64,000 bases of DNA. Source: Girardia tigrina. Its lineage: Eukaryota. This document shows positions 13,067-24,112 of the stretch, piece by piece. The notes beneath the pieces are model-generated. The model saw only the letters and a program-made list of their open reading frames with translations. It searched no databases and was not told where the DNA came from. The stretch is taken from contig MQRK01217620.1 of assembly GCA_001938485.1 (NCBI GenBank), positions 1-64,000 of the forward strand, read 5' to 3'. A program made the position numbers and the translations under genes. Numbering within the stretch: the first letter of the stretch is position 1; the number at the start of each line of letters is the position of its first letter.

Positions 13067-15030
13067 TGTTCGGTTTCGTTATAATTGGAATTGAAAAATA
13101 ATTAAAGTTTATGTTTTTTTTGTTAAATTTAGAGTTTTCGATAAAATTAGAATTTAAAAATAAGTAAATTTTATTAACAAAAAAAGATAAAAAAATTTTT
13201 TTTATTGTTTTTAAATGAAAATTAAAACGATATATATATTTATATGGTTATATATATATATTGAAACGGACAAAAAAAATTAAGTTTGTTTTAACGTTTT
13301 AGTTAAAGTTAATCAGTGATATTTAAAAATCTCTCGGTAACTCCGGAGAATTTTGTCGAAGTTGTAATTGTCATATAATAAAAAAATTTGATGAAAATGG
13401 AAATCTCAGTGTTTCGATAACCTGTTTGAGAGGAGAGATTTGTATACGTAAAATATTTGTATCTTTAGAAAATACAAAAGAAGGATCACAATTGAGGAGA
13501 AAATTAGTCAAAAGAAGGAATCGGAGGCAGGAAATTTATCCAAATTGAAATTTAGAAAGAAAAGAAAACCAACAAGGGAGGAAACACAGATTCGTAGTGT
13601 CATGCAGCTTTAAGGTAATGTTTCTTCAGATAAAAATACACTCTGGAGATCGTCGATATTTGCGCCTTCAGTGGGATGACGAAGAGAACGAGGTGGTACG
13701 GTGTGGATCAAAAATCGGTCATGGGAAGGAATATAGTGAAGACGAGAGAGAAGTACTGTGCGAAAAGAGAGTTGATCCTCCTGCGTCGGATCAAGGGGGG
13801 AGTATGTTCGGTTTCGTTATAATTGCAATTGAAAAATAATTAAAGTTTATGTTTTTTTTGTTAAATGTAGAGTTTTCGATAAAATTAGAATTTAAAAATA
13901 AGTAAATTTTATTAACAAAAAAAGATAAAGAAAAAAAAATTTTTTTATTGTTTCTAAATGAAAATTAAATTGATATATATATTTATATGGTTATATATAT
14001 ATATATATTGAAACGGACAAAAAAAAATTAAGTTTGTTTTAACGTTTTAGTTAAAGTTAATCAGTGATATTTGAAAATCTCTCGGTAACTCCGGAGAAAT
14101 TTGTCGAAGTTGTAATTGTCATATAATAAAAAAAAATTGATGAAAATGGATGTTAATTTGGTTATTACCAAAGAATTATTCATGTATGAATTCAAAGAAT
14201 TCGATTATTCAAAGAATTATTCGATTATGACTTTAATGCGGATTATTTTGTAAAGACATTTGTAGTTAATCACATAATAATTCTCAATCGAAAATTGCAT
14301 GTCAAATTTTGTGAAGAAATTCATGATAAATGGTATGAATTAATGCGAATCTTTCAAGGTTGTAGAAACAGTATGGGAACGAAGTCTTGGAAAATAATCA
14401 CCAACAAACACGGTGTTAAACCGACCACTGACGATCACGAAAGCGACAGTGATTCGCGATTGCAGAGATACGACGTTTACGTTACTTCGAGAGTTCATGG
14501 AGAGTGTGCGNNNNNNNNNNNNNNNNNNNNGTTGAATTGTATCGCTCTCGATTACGATCTGATTTCGATTCCTGGGAGATTAATTCAACCGGATTATTTC
14601 GTCGGTGGCTCCTCAAGTGGTTCTAATGATTGCAAAAAAGAGATCAAGTGCTCAGATATTCCCAAATCGGTCGGTGCGCTCGGACGATTACTAAATGTAT
14701 GTCCTTGTATAATTATTGTGTTTATTTATATNNNNNNNNNNNNNNNNNNNNNNNNNNNNNNNNNNNNNNNNNNNNNNNNNNAAAAATATTATCAAAAATA
14801 AAAATAATAAAGATAAAATTAAAAATAATAATAACAATAATAACAAAAACAAGAATAAAAATATTAGTAAAAATGATAAAGATAAAAATAATAAAAATAG
14901 AAAATTTAGTCAAAACATAAATGACGATAAAAATGACATTGACGTAACCGAACACTTTCCTCCCACCTTGGTGACCCGCAGGGGGTCAATATATGATGAA
15001 AGCTTCCACTGCGCTGCTACTGCATCAACA
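13067..15030 (+). mobile_element. Internally deleted BEL/Pao LTR retrotransposon nested in E1
   Basis: TGTT...AACA ends; 5-bp TSD GTAAT (13062-13066, 15031-15035). 13067-13400 is repeated at 13805-14150 (truncated 5' LTR vs 3' LTR), with a purine tract AAGGGGGGAG just before 13805. Internal FKVMFLQIKIHSGDRRYLRLQW is a Pao RT motif. Confidence 0.85.
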
Positions 15031-15193
15031 GTAATTAATTTAGTTACTTTTATTTTTTTATTGTTGCAATAAAATTTTATGATGATAAGTTTTAATGTTA
15101 TTCCTTAATTTTAATTGATTTTAATATATAAACCGAGTTAATAGTTTAAGAGGAGTAGAAAGTAGTCGTCACCGCCGCCGTCCTTCGCTATAG

Positions 15194-15367
15194 ATGTCCC
15201 GAATCGATTTTCAAACGATAGAGCCGCCAGAGTTCGTGGGGGACCATACGGTCCTGATAATCGTTGACATAATGTCAATTTCAATGGAGGCGTTTATCAG
15301 AGGCGAACACAGCGAATCGTTCCTCGACGGACTAGATTCGCCCCTTCACGTGCAGCGAACAATATAG
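15194..15367 (+). CDS. 57-aa small ORF of the long-LTR family (E1 copy)
   Basis: MSRIDFQTIEPPEFVGDHTVLIIVDIMSISMEAF...DSP aligns without gaps to the N-terminus of the E2 ORF (M1,S2,Q7,H18,V20,I23,D25,S28,I29). Below the ORF-track cutoff; translated by hand. Confidence 0.6.
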   Translation: MSRIDFQTIEPPEFVGDHTVLIIVDIMSISMEAFIRGEHSESFLDGLDSPLHVQRTI

Positions 15368-18114
15368 CGACAAAGACGAGGGAAATTCTGCTCCGCCGAA
15401 ATCGGCCGCAAACCTTAACATTTCAATCTTATAAACCAAAAAATTTTATTGAACGTCGTTTTAATTGTTATTAAATCAATATTTAAATTATTTGATGTGT
15501 ATATCTTGATATGTTTTTGAGAAAGTTAATCGACTAGAGATAATGACGACCTTATGTATAGGAAACTTAATTCAGTAGAAAAAAACAATTAAGGCAAATT
15601 ATCCGAGTTGGTCGTGAACGTAAGCATAGCGCGACTTCGATAATAAGGTTCGATGCAAAAAATCGTGAATCTAGGCGAATTTCGATTCCGCGTTGCTAGT
15701 TAAAGGTTGAATTCCGATAATTTAAACAAACGTTTTTTTATGACGTTTATTTATTCATTTATATTTATTTTTATACGCTTATTTACTTTTAACTTAACTT
15801 TATACGTTTACTATTTATAATCGAATTTAACTGGTTTTACTGAAAATTCTGAATATAATTTTATAAAAATAGTTTTATTAGTATTTTAAAAGAAATCGTT
15901 TTATTTTTAAATCACCAATTCGGTAAGCGGGAACTGATTTGGGGAAACCAAGGTTTTAAAGAAATTTATGAAATAAGTAAATGTAGTTTAGGATTTAATT
16001 GGATTGTCACTTAGTAACTGAACGATTTACGATTTAATAACTCCTTGAGAATCGCTTCAGAAAGCGTATGATATGGAATTAATCTAAATAGAACTAATCT
16101 ATTTTATAATATAGGAATATGAAGTTGTATGAAGATGAGGTGAAAATCTTTGAGTAATATTCTTGCTACCAAACTATAGAATATTTCAATATTGAGGTCG
16201 ACATTTTGAGGTTTGAAAGTGGTTCCCAGAACTACCTATTAACTCTGAATTTTATGAGAACATAGTAGGGATAATAAGCATAGTTTAGAATCATCCCCGA
16301 GCGGCGCTCAGCTAGATGGGGGCCCATAGCCAATCCCGTCTTTATCAGAACCCGAAGGTCCTTCAAACCCGGCACTGCTAGGCAGATGTCGGGCGAGAAG
16401 AAACGTCCGACCCATTATATAAATAAATACAAATGAATATCAAAACAGACGTTTGGTTGTGGCTGACCCTTAATAGCCACTGGGGGCTCAAGAGCTTTCA
16501 AAAATGTTTATGCTCGAGAGTGTCGTGACAATATTCTGTCTTAAGAAAGAAAATACTAATAAAACTCACCGGATTAAAATTTATATTTATGAAAAAAAGC
16601 TGCTCAAATTAGACCTAATGAAATTCGAAAACATAAAAAAACAATAATATCTAAACAAATTTCCTAACTATTTAAATTTAATAATTGTTGATGTGAAAAA
16701 TAAATAGAAATGCACTTGTATAAATTTTCACGAAGATTTGTTTTTATTTTTTCAATAAATTTGATTTTTAAAATAGATTTTATTTAGAAAATTTGAAAAA
16801 TTTGTTAAAATTTTAAAACCATTGCGGGCCGCGAGTTTGACATGCCTGTTCTATATCATTAAAATCACTTTGGGGTAAACGAAATATCGTTTCCTCACTT
16901 ACCCAAATTTTAAATTCAACCCTATATGGTTAAGGGTTTCAACGAAAATCAGTTGTAAATATTTTTGATTTATAATTAATATTTTTATTTAAAAGTACTT
17001 CTTAGTCTTTTAATTGTAGTGTTATTCTATAAATCCCTTAGATGCGCCAACAAAAGTATAAATCGGAAGAGTTTATATTTTTAAATATTAAATTATATTG
17101 TCTATATAAATAAATAAAGAAAATAAGAAAAGTTTAGATATATCTAAAGAAAAGCAAATTTAGATTAGTTAGAAGAAATAACAAATAAAAGAATAAAAAT
17201 AATAAATAAAAATTATTTATAAAGAGAAAGTAATTAAAAAAATAGAATATAAAAGGTGTTGGAAGTGCTGTTTGAAAGCTAGAAATATAACATAAAGGAA
17301 AATAAACATAGTTGAGAAAAACTCACCCGATGACGAAAAATCGACCAACCGCCCCGCCACAAGCATGAAACACGGCAGGGTATCCGCGAGGGTGACCCAT
17401 CGGTGACTGAAGGACTCACGAATAGAGACAATAAACCTTAACAGGAAAAAGAATTAATTAAAACAAACCCGAAAAATAATAAAGTTTCTTACCGAAACAC
17501 CCTGTGGAGCTGAGAGATCATCCGACCCCCCCGCATAGCCCCTCGCGAGGCGGACCCCTGAATGGAACCCGTGGAACGCTGGTCGATCCTCGATAGAAAT
17601 TATTCACCCTTAAAGAAAAAAAATTAATTAAAAACCAGACAAAAAATAACAAAGTCACCTACTGAATTACCCAATAGGGTTAAGGGGTCAACCGACCCTC
17701 CCACGAAAGATCTTCGCGCGGGCAATCCGTGGACGAAACCCGCGAAGTCGTAGGACCACCCTGAGAAAAGTTATAGGCCCTGAAAGATCAAACAATTAAT
17801 TAAGAAAAATAGAAAATTAATTAATCTTACCATGAGTCAACCCAGAATCCGAAAATAATCGTCAGCTGACGAATCATCCATGAATCAGCAGCAGGCATGT
17901 TTCAGAGATTTGGGAGTGTGTAAAGACACAGGAGCATTGGATCCTATAATAAAATAAAAAAGTTTTAAAATTTTCGAAAAATTTTCGAAGCACACTTACC
18001 AGTCTAACCAACCAGCATCGCAGAAATGTCAGACAGTTGGTTGGCGAGATTCGGTTGGACAGAGGAGGACGACAGGATAGCATATCTACAATATAAAAGG
18101 AAAATCATTTTTAA

Positions 18115-18391
18115 CCTTCACTCTGTGCATTGAAAATTTTCCGGCGTCTGTGCATAGGGGTCAATCGTACCCCATATACATTTTGATATATTTTGTAAGG
18201 AAAACTAACAAAATTTTAGTTTTTATTTAAATTTTTATTAATTATAATAACTTATTAATAACAAAAGATTATTAAACTTTAATAAATGAAATTTATTAAG
18301 CTTTGGCAGTTTAATTTACTTGGCTCAATTTTTTTTAAATCGCTTTTTAAATAGACTGGGGTCCATTTGACCCCAATGCACAGAGTGAAGG
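18115..18391. mobile_element. piggyBac-type MITE inserted just downstream of the E2 TATA box
   Basis: Perfect 18-bp TIRs CCTTCACTCTGTGCATTG / CAATGCACAGAGTGAAGG; TTAA TSD on both sides; subterminal GGGTC...ACCCC palindromes. Confidence 0.9.
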
Positions 18392-18836
18392 TTAACGAAG
18401 TCGCACAATTTTTATAAACAAATCAAACCCACGTGTGCCGTTACAACAACTATTAGAAACCAACCGCAATCTCCCGAGCGATATTCAAAACAGAGTTTAC
18501 CGTACCGACAGACGTCCCGAACTCATAACTCGACCCACGACTGAACGCTTCTACGTACAGACGCATCGACTGGTGAAGATTATTAGGCACCGATTAAGCA
18601 GTGAATTTCCCAGCAGACCTTCGGATACCAACCAAATTGTAATTGTTTTATTGATAATCTTGTTGATTTTATTAATCTAAATAAACAAATTTAATACCGA
18701 TATTCCTTTAGTTATTAATAATTATTCAGAATGTTTAATTAATGATTAATTTACATACCGTACATCCGTTTTTATTGTAAAGTAGATCCAGTAGAGTCGT
18801 CGTTACAGTCGTCGTCGCCGCCGCTCCTTGCCGTAA

Positions 18837-19175
18837 ATGTCCCAGACTAGCCTTCAGCCGAGTAAATCGATCAGGGTCGAGGACGGTCACATTGTCATAA
18901 TGATCATTGATGCGGGATCGATACAATTAAACCATGTATCGGAGGCGACCGCGTTGAACGAATTTCCGGTAGAGCGAAGCCACGAGTTCACGTCCGAACC
19001 CGATAGTCCCGCTGCGAACAACGTCCCCAGCGCTGAACATCAACTGGTTATCATCGACGTGAAGTCGATATCGATAGATGACATGTCGGGACTGACTAGT
19101 TCCCGTGTAAACGATAACCCACCGATGTGGGGTGAAAACGTTCAAATCGGCGCCTGCGACCTTCAGAATATTTAA
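18837..19175 (+). CDS. 112-aa small ORF of the long-LTR family (E2 copy), motif duplicated
   Basis: Contains HIVIMIIDAGSIQL and HQLVIIDVKSISI; preceded by the conserved GTCGTCGCCGCCGC leader. Confidence 0.6.
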   Translation: MSQTSLQPSKSIRVEDGHIVIMIIDAGSIQLNHVSEATALNEFPVERSHEFTSEPDSPAANNVPSAEHQLVIIDVKSISIDDMSGLTSSRVNDNPPMWGENVQIGACDLQNI

Positions 19176-21757
19176 ACAAATACATTTTTTTACTATTCTA
19201 GGTCTTATTATGTTATGAATTTAGGAATTGTTATTGTTTCGAATTTAGAATTATTACAAAAAACTAAAATTATTATCGAATTTTATGAATGATTTAATTA
19301 ATAAAATTTCCATTTCTACTGTTATTATGAATTTTACCGGATTCGGAATTTTTAAGGAAAACTAAAGCTCTATGAATAGTTTAATTTAATTATGATTTTA
19401 GGAATTAGGATTATGATTGATCTAATTTTTGGAACTAATAGAATTCTATCATTTACTATAATTTCACAGGAAATAATTTTACTACATAAACCGTTTACTG
19501 ATCTTATAAAAAACCAAACTTCCACTAATTTTATTTTGATACTAATTTCGACTCCGACCGTTGTGAATAAAATTTAAAATTTCTATTACGGAACAACCTC
19601 CATTTCTATACAATGATAAATATTTCGTAAGTTTAAATGTGGGAGTCGACTAAAGAGGTTCGGGATTGAATAAAATCTTAAAGCAAAATTTAATTTTATC
19701 ACTGATGTCACAGCAATTTGGTCTTGATTTGGTGATTTGCGATGAATTTTGGTCTTATAATTGGATCTGACGATTTTTAACGTACAATTTTAATTTAATT
19801 CTAGGTTCGAGCGAATTTACCATCAACAACCTTATACTTAAAACCCGTGAGTGTTAAGTTTGCCGATGAAATTGCTATTAGCAGTGCCACTTGTTACAGT
19901 AAAATTAATTGACTGCAAATAGATTTACTAATATGAGTTAGCGCTAGTTATTATAATTCTCAATTGAAACCCTAGCAAATCAAGGTGATTCAATTAAAAG
20001 GCTAGTAGTTAAGGTAGCGATATGTATCTGAAAGGACCTCCTAATAATAAACCCTATGACAACAACATGTGATGATGGCAAGAATACATAATGGTACCAC
20101 GTTACAATTCGATCATTTGGGCAGATAGTAAGCTGTGCCATCTAGACAAGCATAAGTGATGCATTCACCGGAGGAATATACAAATATACAGAGTGGTAAC
20201 ATACTCTTATCGATACTGACCCAGGTGGGGGGCCCATAGCCTATCCCATCTTTAGCCGAACCCGAAGGCCCCTTGAGCTTGGCACTGCTAGGCAGATGTG
20301 AGGCAAGACATGAGGCGTCCGACCCTATATACAATGTCATTAAAACCGAAATAAATTTAGAGCGGGTTGTGGTTGACCCTTAACAATCACTGGGGGCTCA
20401 TGAGCTTTTAAAAATGTTTACACTCGAGAGGGTCGTGACAAAGGTCATTATTAATTATGAAAGATTCAGATTTTAAAGTTCAAAACCTAACAAAAGTTAT
20501 TTTGAAATTCGATCAAGAGTGAATCTGATTGTGCGTCTCAGTAGTTAATTGAAATTAAATCTGATTACGCGTCTATACTAAGACTATATTGCGAACTGTT
20601 TTGATCAAATTTCGATTGCGAATTCGATACTTAATAGTATAAAAGTCGACATTCACTAGAGACAAAAGCAGAAAAAAATCAAACTATTGAGTCGGTAGAA
20701 GAACGACTGAATACGACCAAAATTGAGATGCATAAACCCATATTCCTAATATATTATATCTCGTTATATAAATCACGCTGTAAAGTGTGAAACAAAAGTT
20801 TTAAAATATAAACAATCCGAGTTGTCGTTAAGGTTCTCGGTTTTTAAATATAAAATCGACCAGGGGTCAAATAAAATATAATTTTCTCTTTTACTTGTAA
20901 TTAAATCGTGAATACTAAAATATATTTTTATAAAGAAAAATCACTGTGTTCTATTATTGATTTTTATAAACATACCAAACACTCAACAAATAGTATAAAC
21001 AAATAAAATGCAAAATTGCGGAAGAAGCGGAGGTGGTCAATCTGGATAGCCTGCATTAATACAATTCTGTTGGTACAGCGCACTCTCCGAAAGACGCCCG
21101 GAAGCCTATGAAATCGATCGAAAACCGTAGATGTTAAATGGTTAAATTAACCCAGATTTCGAATAATGGCGATTTTGATTTTTCCTACACGGAATTTCAT
21201 GAAAAATTTCATGAAAATTTCAATATTATACTAATTTATTTGATAAATGACGATTTCTATCATTTATTTCTAATTATATTTCTAAAAATCAATTTAGGTT
21301 AAATTTGCAAAATTTCGTTATCATCTGATTCACGGTTTTTCAGTCAAGCTCAAATTTTACTATGATCAAATATATGCTGATAAAATGAGAAATATTAGAG
21401 AAAAATGTCAGTAAATCCGCGTAAAGTTGAGATAACTCAGCATAGTCCGCATCTGTCTGTACAGCGCCATTGCCGAAAGGCCCTGGGAGCCGATTTATTT
21501 GACTGACTGTTAAATATCCATAGAATTCAAAACAATTGATAATAAAGTATAATAATTACGATTTAAAATAGAAATTTTAATTTAAAATAATAAAGAAATT
21601 TAAATTAAAATAATTAGAAATTTTAAATTTTAAATAGAAACTTTCAAAGTCGAAAATTCAGCTCACCCGTCATGTATGATCGGTATTTTTCCAGTAATAG
21701 AATAAAATTTTTTAAGTAATTATTTTATAATTGTTTTTAAAATGTAAAATTGATTAA

Positions 21758-24112
21758 CACTAGCAATACGGTAAGGTCATTTTGACCATTTCAATGCAGT
21801 TTTTTTAACAATATTTTAGCTTGCCAACGTAATTGAGCAATTTCCATTCTGGACATTTTTTATTTACCTGTTTAAGTGTATTGGTTTTTTAAAATGGGAG
21901 TAAAAAGTGATAAACCTGTAAAGCTGATGGTCCTTTTGACCACTTCAGAACTACCGTTTAGAAACAACAGCAACTGGTATTCAGAAGATTCTATAATGAA
22001 ATAGGACAGGATAGTGTAGTCAAAGTTCATCATGAAAATCGGAGACATTTAATCTGAATAAGTTTCTCATTTACAAACTTCCTACAAACATGAGCTGCAC
22101 AGAAAGACCAAAAGTCTGGGGTTTTGTTGTTTTGACAAATCTGGCATTTTTTGCTCTTAATGCCAAGCAAAAACTCTGAAAATATACGTGGAGGATCACA
22201 CTGTCAAGTTTTTGGGGTTAGGCCATCCAACAATCTCTTGAGAAATTCACGCCGTGAAATACGATGACCTGTCACTTTGTTATGCAGATTATACGAATTG
22301 ATTCCCGCCAAGTTCAGTAAATTATAGAAGAGTCAACGGCCAACGGCCCACTACAGACTTAACTGCTCTTACACTTCTTATCTCAGGTGTAAACATCGTA
22401 TTTTGTATCATTTTAAAATAAAACCGTGTTGGGCTTCTTTATCACCTGTGTGTAATCGGAATTGTTCCAGTGCTGTGTCGTAAAGATATCAAGATCACAA
22501 TTTTCGTGCTTTTAACTTTGTAAGAAGTCAATAAGATTCATTGTTCCTCACGATAGAAAGTTGACTAGAAAAGTTATTTTTCTCTTATATTTAATGCGAC
22601 TAGAGGCAAATCTCTCTAGTTACTGCAGAGTGTTACCACATAGGTTGTCCTGTTTTCCTTAAATGTGCGAACGAGAGACAATTGTTTAAAAATATTTTCC
22701 GCGTTAATGTTGTACCCTTTGTTTAGGTAAGGCTCGACCAATTAGAGGAGAACCTGTTCTGCTAAGGAAGTCTCTGGTCATCTTCCGCGTCCACCAACAT
22801 CCAGTTCTTGATAATAAATTTACGGTCTTGTTGCCCATATATTGGATGAATCGACATCTGGCCTTCGTGGGAAGCAATTGATCGTCACATTTCGAATTAC
22901 CATTGGGAATGTAGTGGCTCTTACGGTTGCTGGTGAATGCGTACCAAATCTGAGAAAATAGTGCGAATTTATCACGCGGAAGTCTTTTACTTATTATTGA
23001 ATCTCAAGTATTTCAAAATTTCCTTGAATCTGTCCCGTGGCATAAATCGTCGAAATATGTTGCTATCCCGTGTCGCACGCCATAGATCATTCACTGGAAC
23101 ATTTTTAGCTTCCAAAAGACTATGAGCATACAGAAGTTCTATGAAAGTTTCGACCTCATTCAAAGACAAATCCCCTTTTTCTAAAGACAACGTTCTGTCT
23201 CAACAATAGTATATTTCTGCAATAAGAGTAAATTTCAAAATATCAACTATAAAACATAGCATTAGTACAAGGGTTACCTCTATTTTTCGAATCATGCTCT
23301 CATCGAACATTAAAGAAAAATCAGATGTAAACCTTTTCATCAGACGAAATTTTCCTCTTGGCAGTTGCAGAGGGACTTGTGATGGCAGTAAATACATTGC
23401 GGGCTTCCTCTCCTTTGTACTGAACATCAGCCTTAGCTACCATTGTATTCCGCTTTTAGCTATCACCATATCAGGAACTATACTCTCCACATCTGAATCG
23501 CGTCTGGTTTCATCATCCAAATCAGACTGTTTCATAACACCATCCTTATTGGCATCATTTTTGTCAAAAAAATCATTTGCTTTTGCAACCAAAATTATCC
23601 ATGTTAATGTTTGTCAAGCTTCATCGCACATTAAAATGTTGCATCCCACGTCTAGAATAGAATAATATGACTGCTAAATGTAATAAAGCTCAAATCATGA
23701 AATGACACCTAGATCCTCACCTCAAGTAAGTTTAAAAGCAAACAGTTAAACGTTAATGATTGTGAAGAGATAAAACAAAGTAATCTATGATATTTTATTA
23801 TTCTAAGCCGACACATATTTTTGTTAAATGCACATTTTATGGCTTCATATCAAATGAAAATATTATTTTCGTTAATGAAGACCATGTTAACATAGAAATC
23901 ATATGTATTTGACTTCTGAAGATCTTATCACAGGATGTATATAACAAGAGCCTTTTTGAGAGGGAAAAGCAAAAACACGCTCTCCCTAGTTTCATCTCAA
24001 ATCGATTTTTAGTGTTACTGCATAAAAAACCTTTCGTTAAAACCCCATCTGATATTGGCCAGGCTGTTGTCAAGAAAATACTCCAAACATACTGTCATTT
24101 TCATTACCAGTG
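21758..24112 (-). mobile_element. Decayed piggyBac (PGBD4-like) transposon
   Basis: TTAA followed by a CACTAG end at 21754. Minus-strand fragments MPRDRFKEILKYLRF, TIDQLLPTKARCRFIQY, RWPLTLLYNLLNLAGINSY and a Cys-rich tail (CQIC...CAAHVC). Many stops; right boundary uncertain. Confidence 0.8.

Larger units (their letters stand above)
11912..16530 (+). mobile_element. E1: long solo-LTR-like element (~2.65 kb net of nested BEL/Pao)
   Basis: TGTAAT...GTCGTGACA ends; 4-bp TSD ATAT (11908-11911, 16531-16534); reverse CCAAT plus TATAAAAG at ~12791; homology to E2, E4 and E5. Confidence 0.85.
9933..16848 (-). mobile_element. hAT (Buster/SPIN/GTF2IRD2-like) DNA transposon carrying nested insertions
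   Basis: 17-bp TIRs CAGGCATGTCCAACTCG / CGAGTTTGACATGCCTG (1 mismatch); 8-bp TSD TTCTATAT at 9925-9932 and 16849-16856. Confidence 0.95.
17257..20440 (+). mobile_element. E2: long solo-LTR-like element (~2.9 kb net of MITE)
   Basis: TGTTGG...GGTCGTGACA ends; 4-bp TSD AAGG (17253-17256, 20441-20444); TATAAAAG at ~18092; same module order as E1. Confidence 0.8.

Noticed and set aside
16313-16490. Known ribozyme (hammerhead/HDV) in the LTR 3' structure
   Set aside because: No CUGANGA/GAAA core or recognisable HDV fold by eye on either strand. Kept as a structured RNA of unknown class.
11912-16530. Ginger DNA-transposon identity for E1-E3 (TGT..ACA, 4-bp TSD)
   Set aside because: No extended TIRs. 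The internal TATA and asymmetric layout fit solo LTRs better, though this is unproven without a full-length copy.
17279-17999. Protein-coding interpretation of the antisense exons (ORFs 17874-18083 and 40941-41219)
   Set aside because: The homologous exons I translated in E1 and E2 have stops or frameshifts in every frame, and the ORFs run through the introns. Decay of a once-coding gene is not fully excluded.
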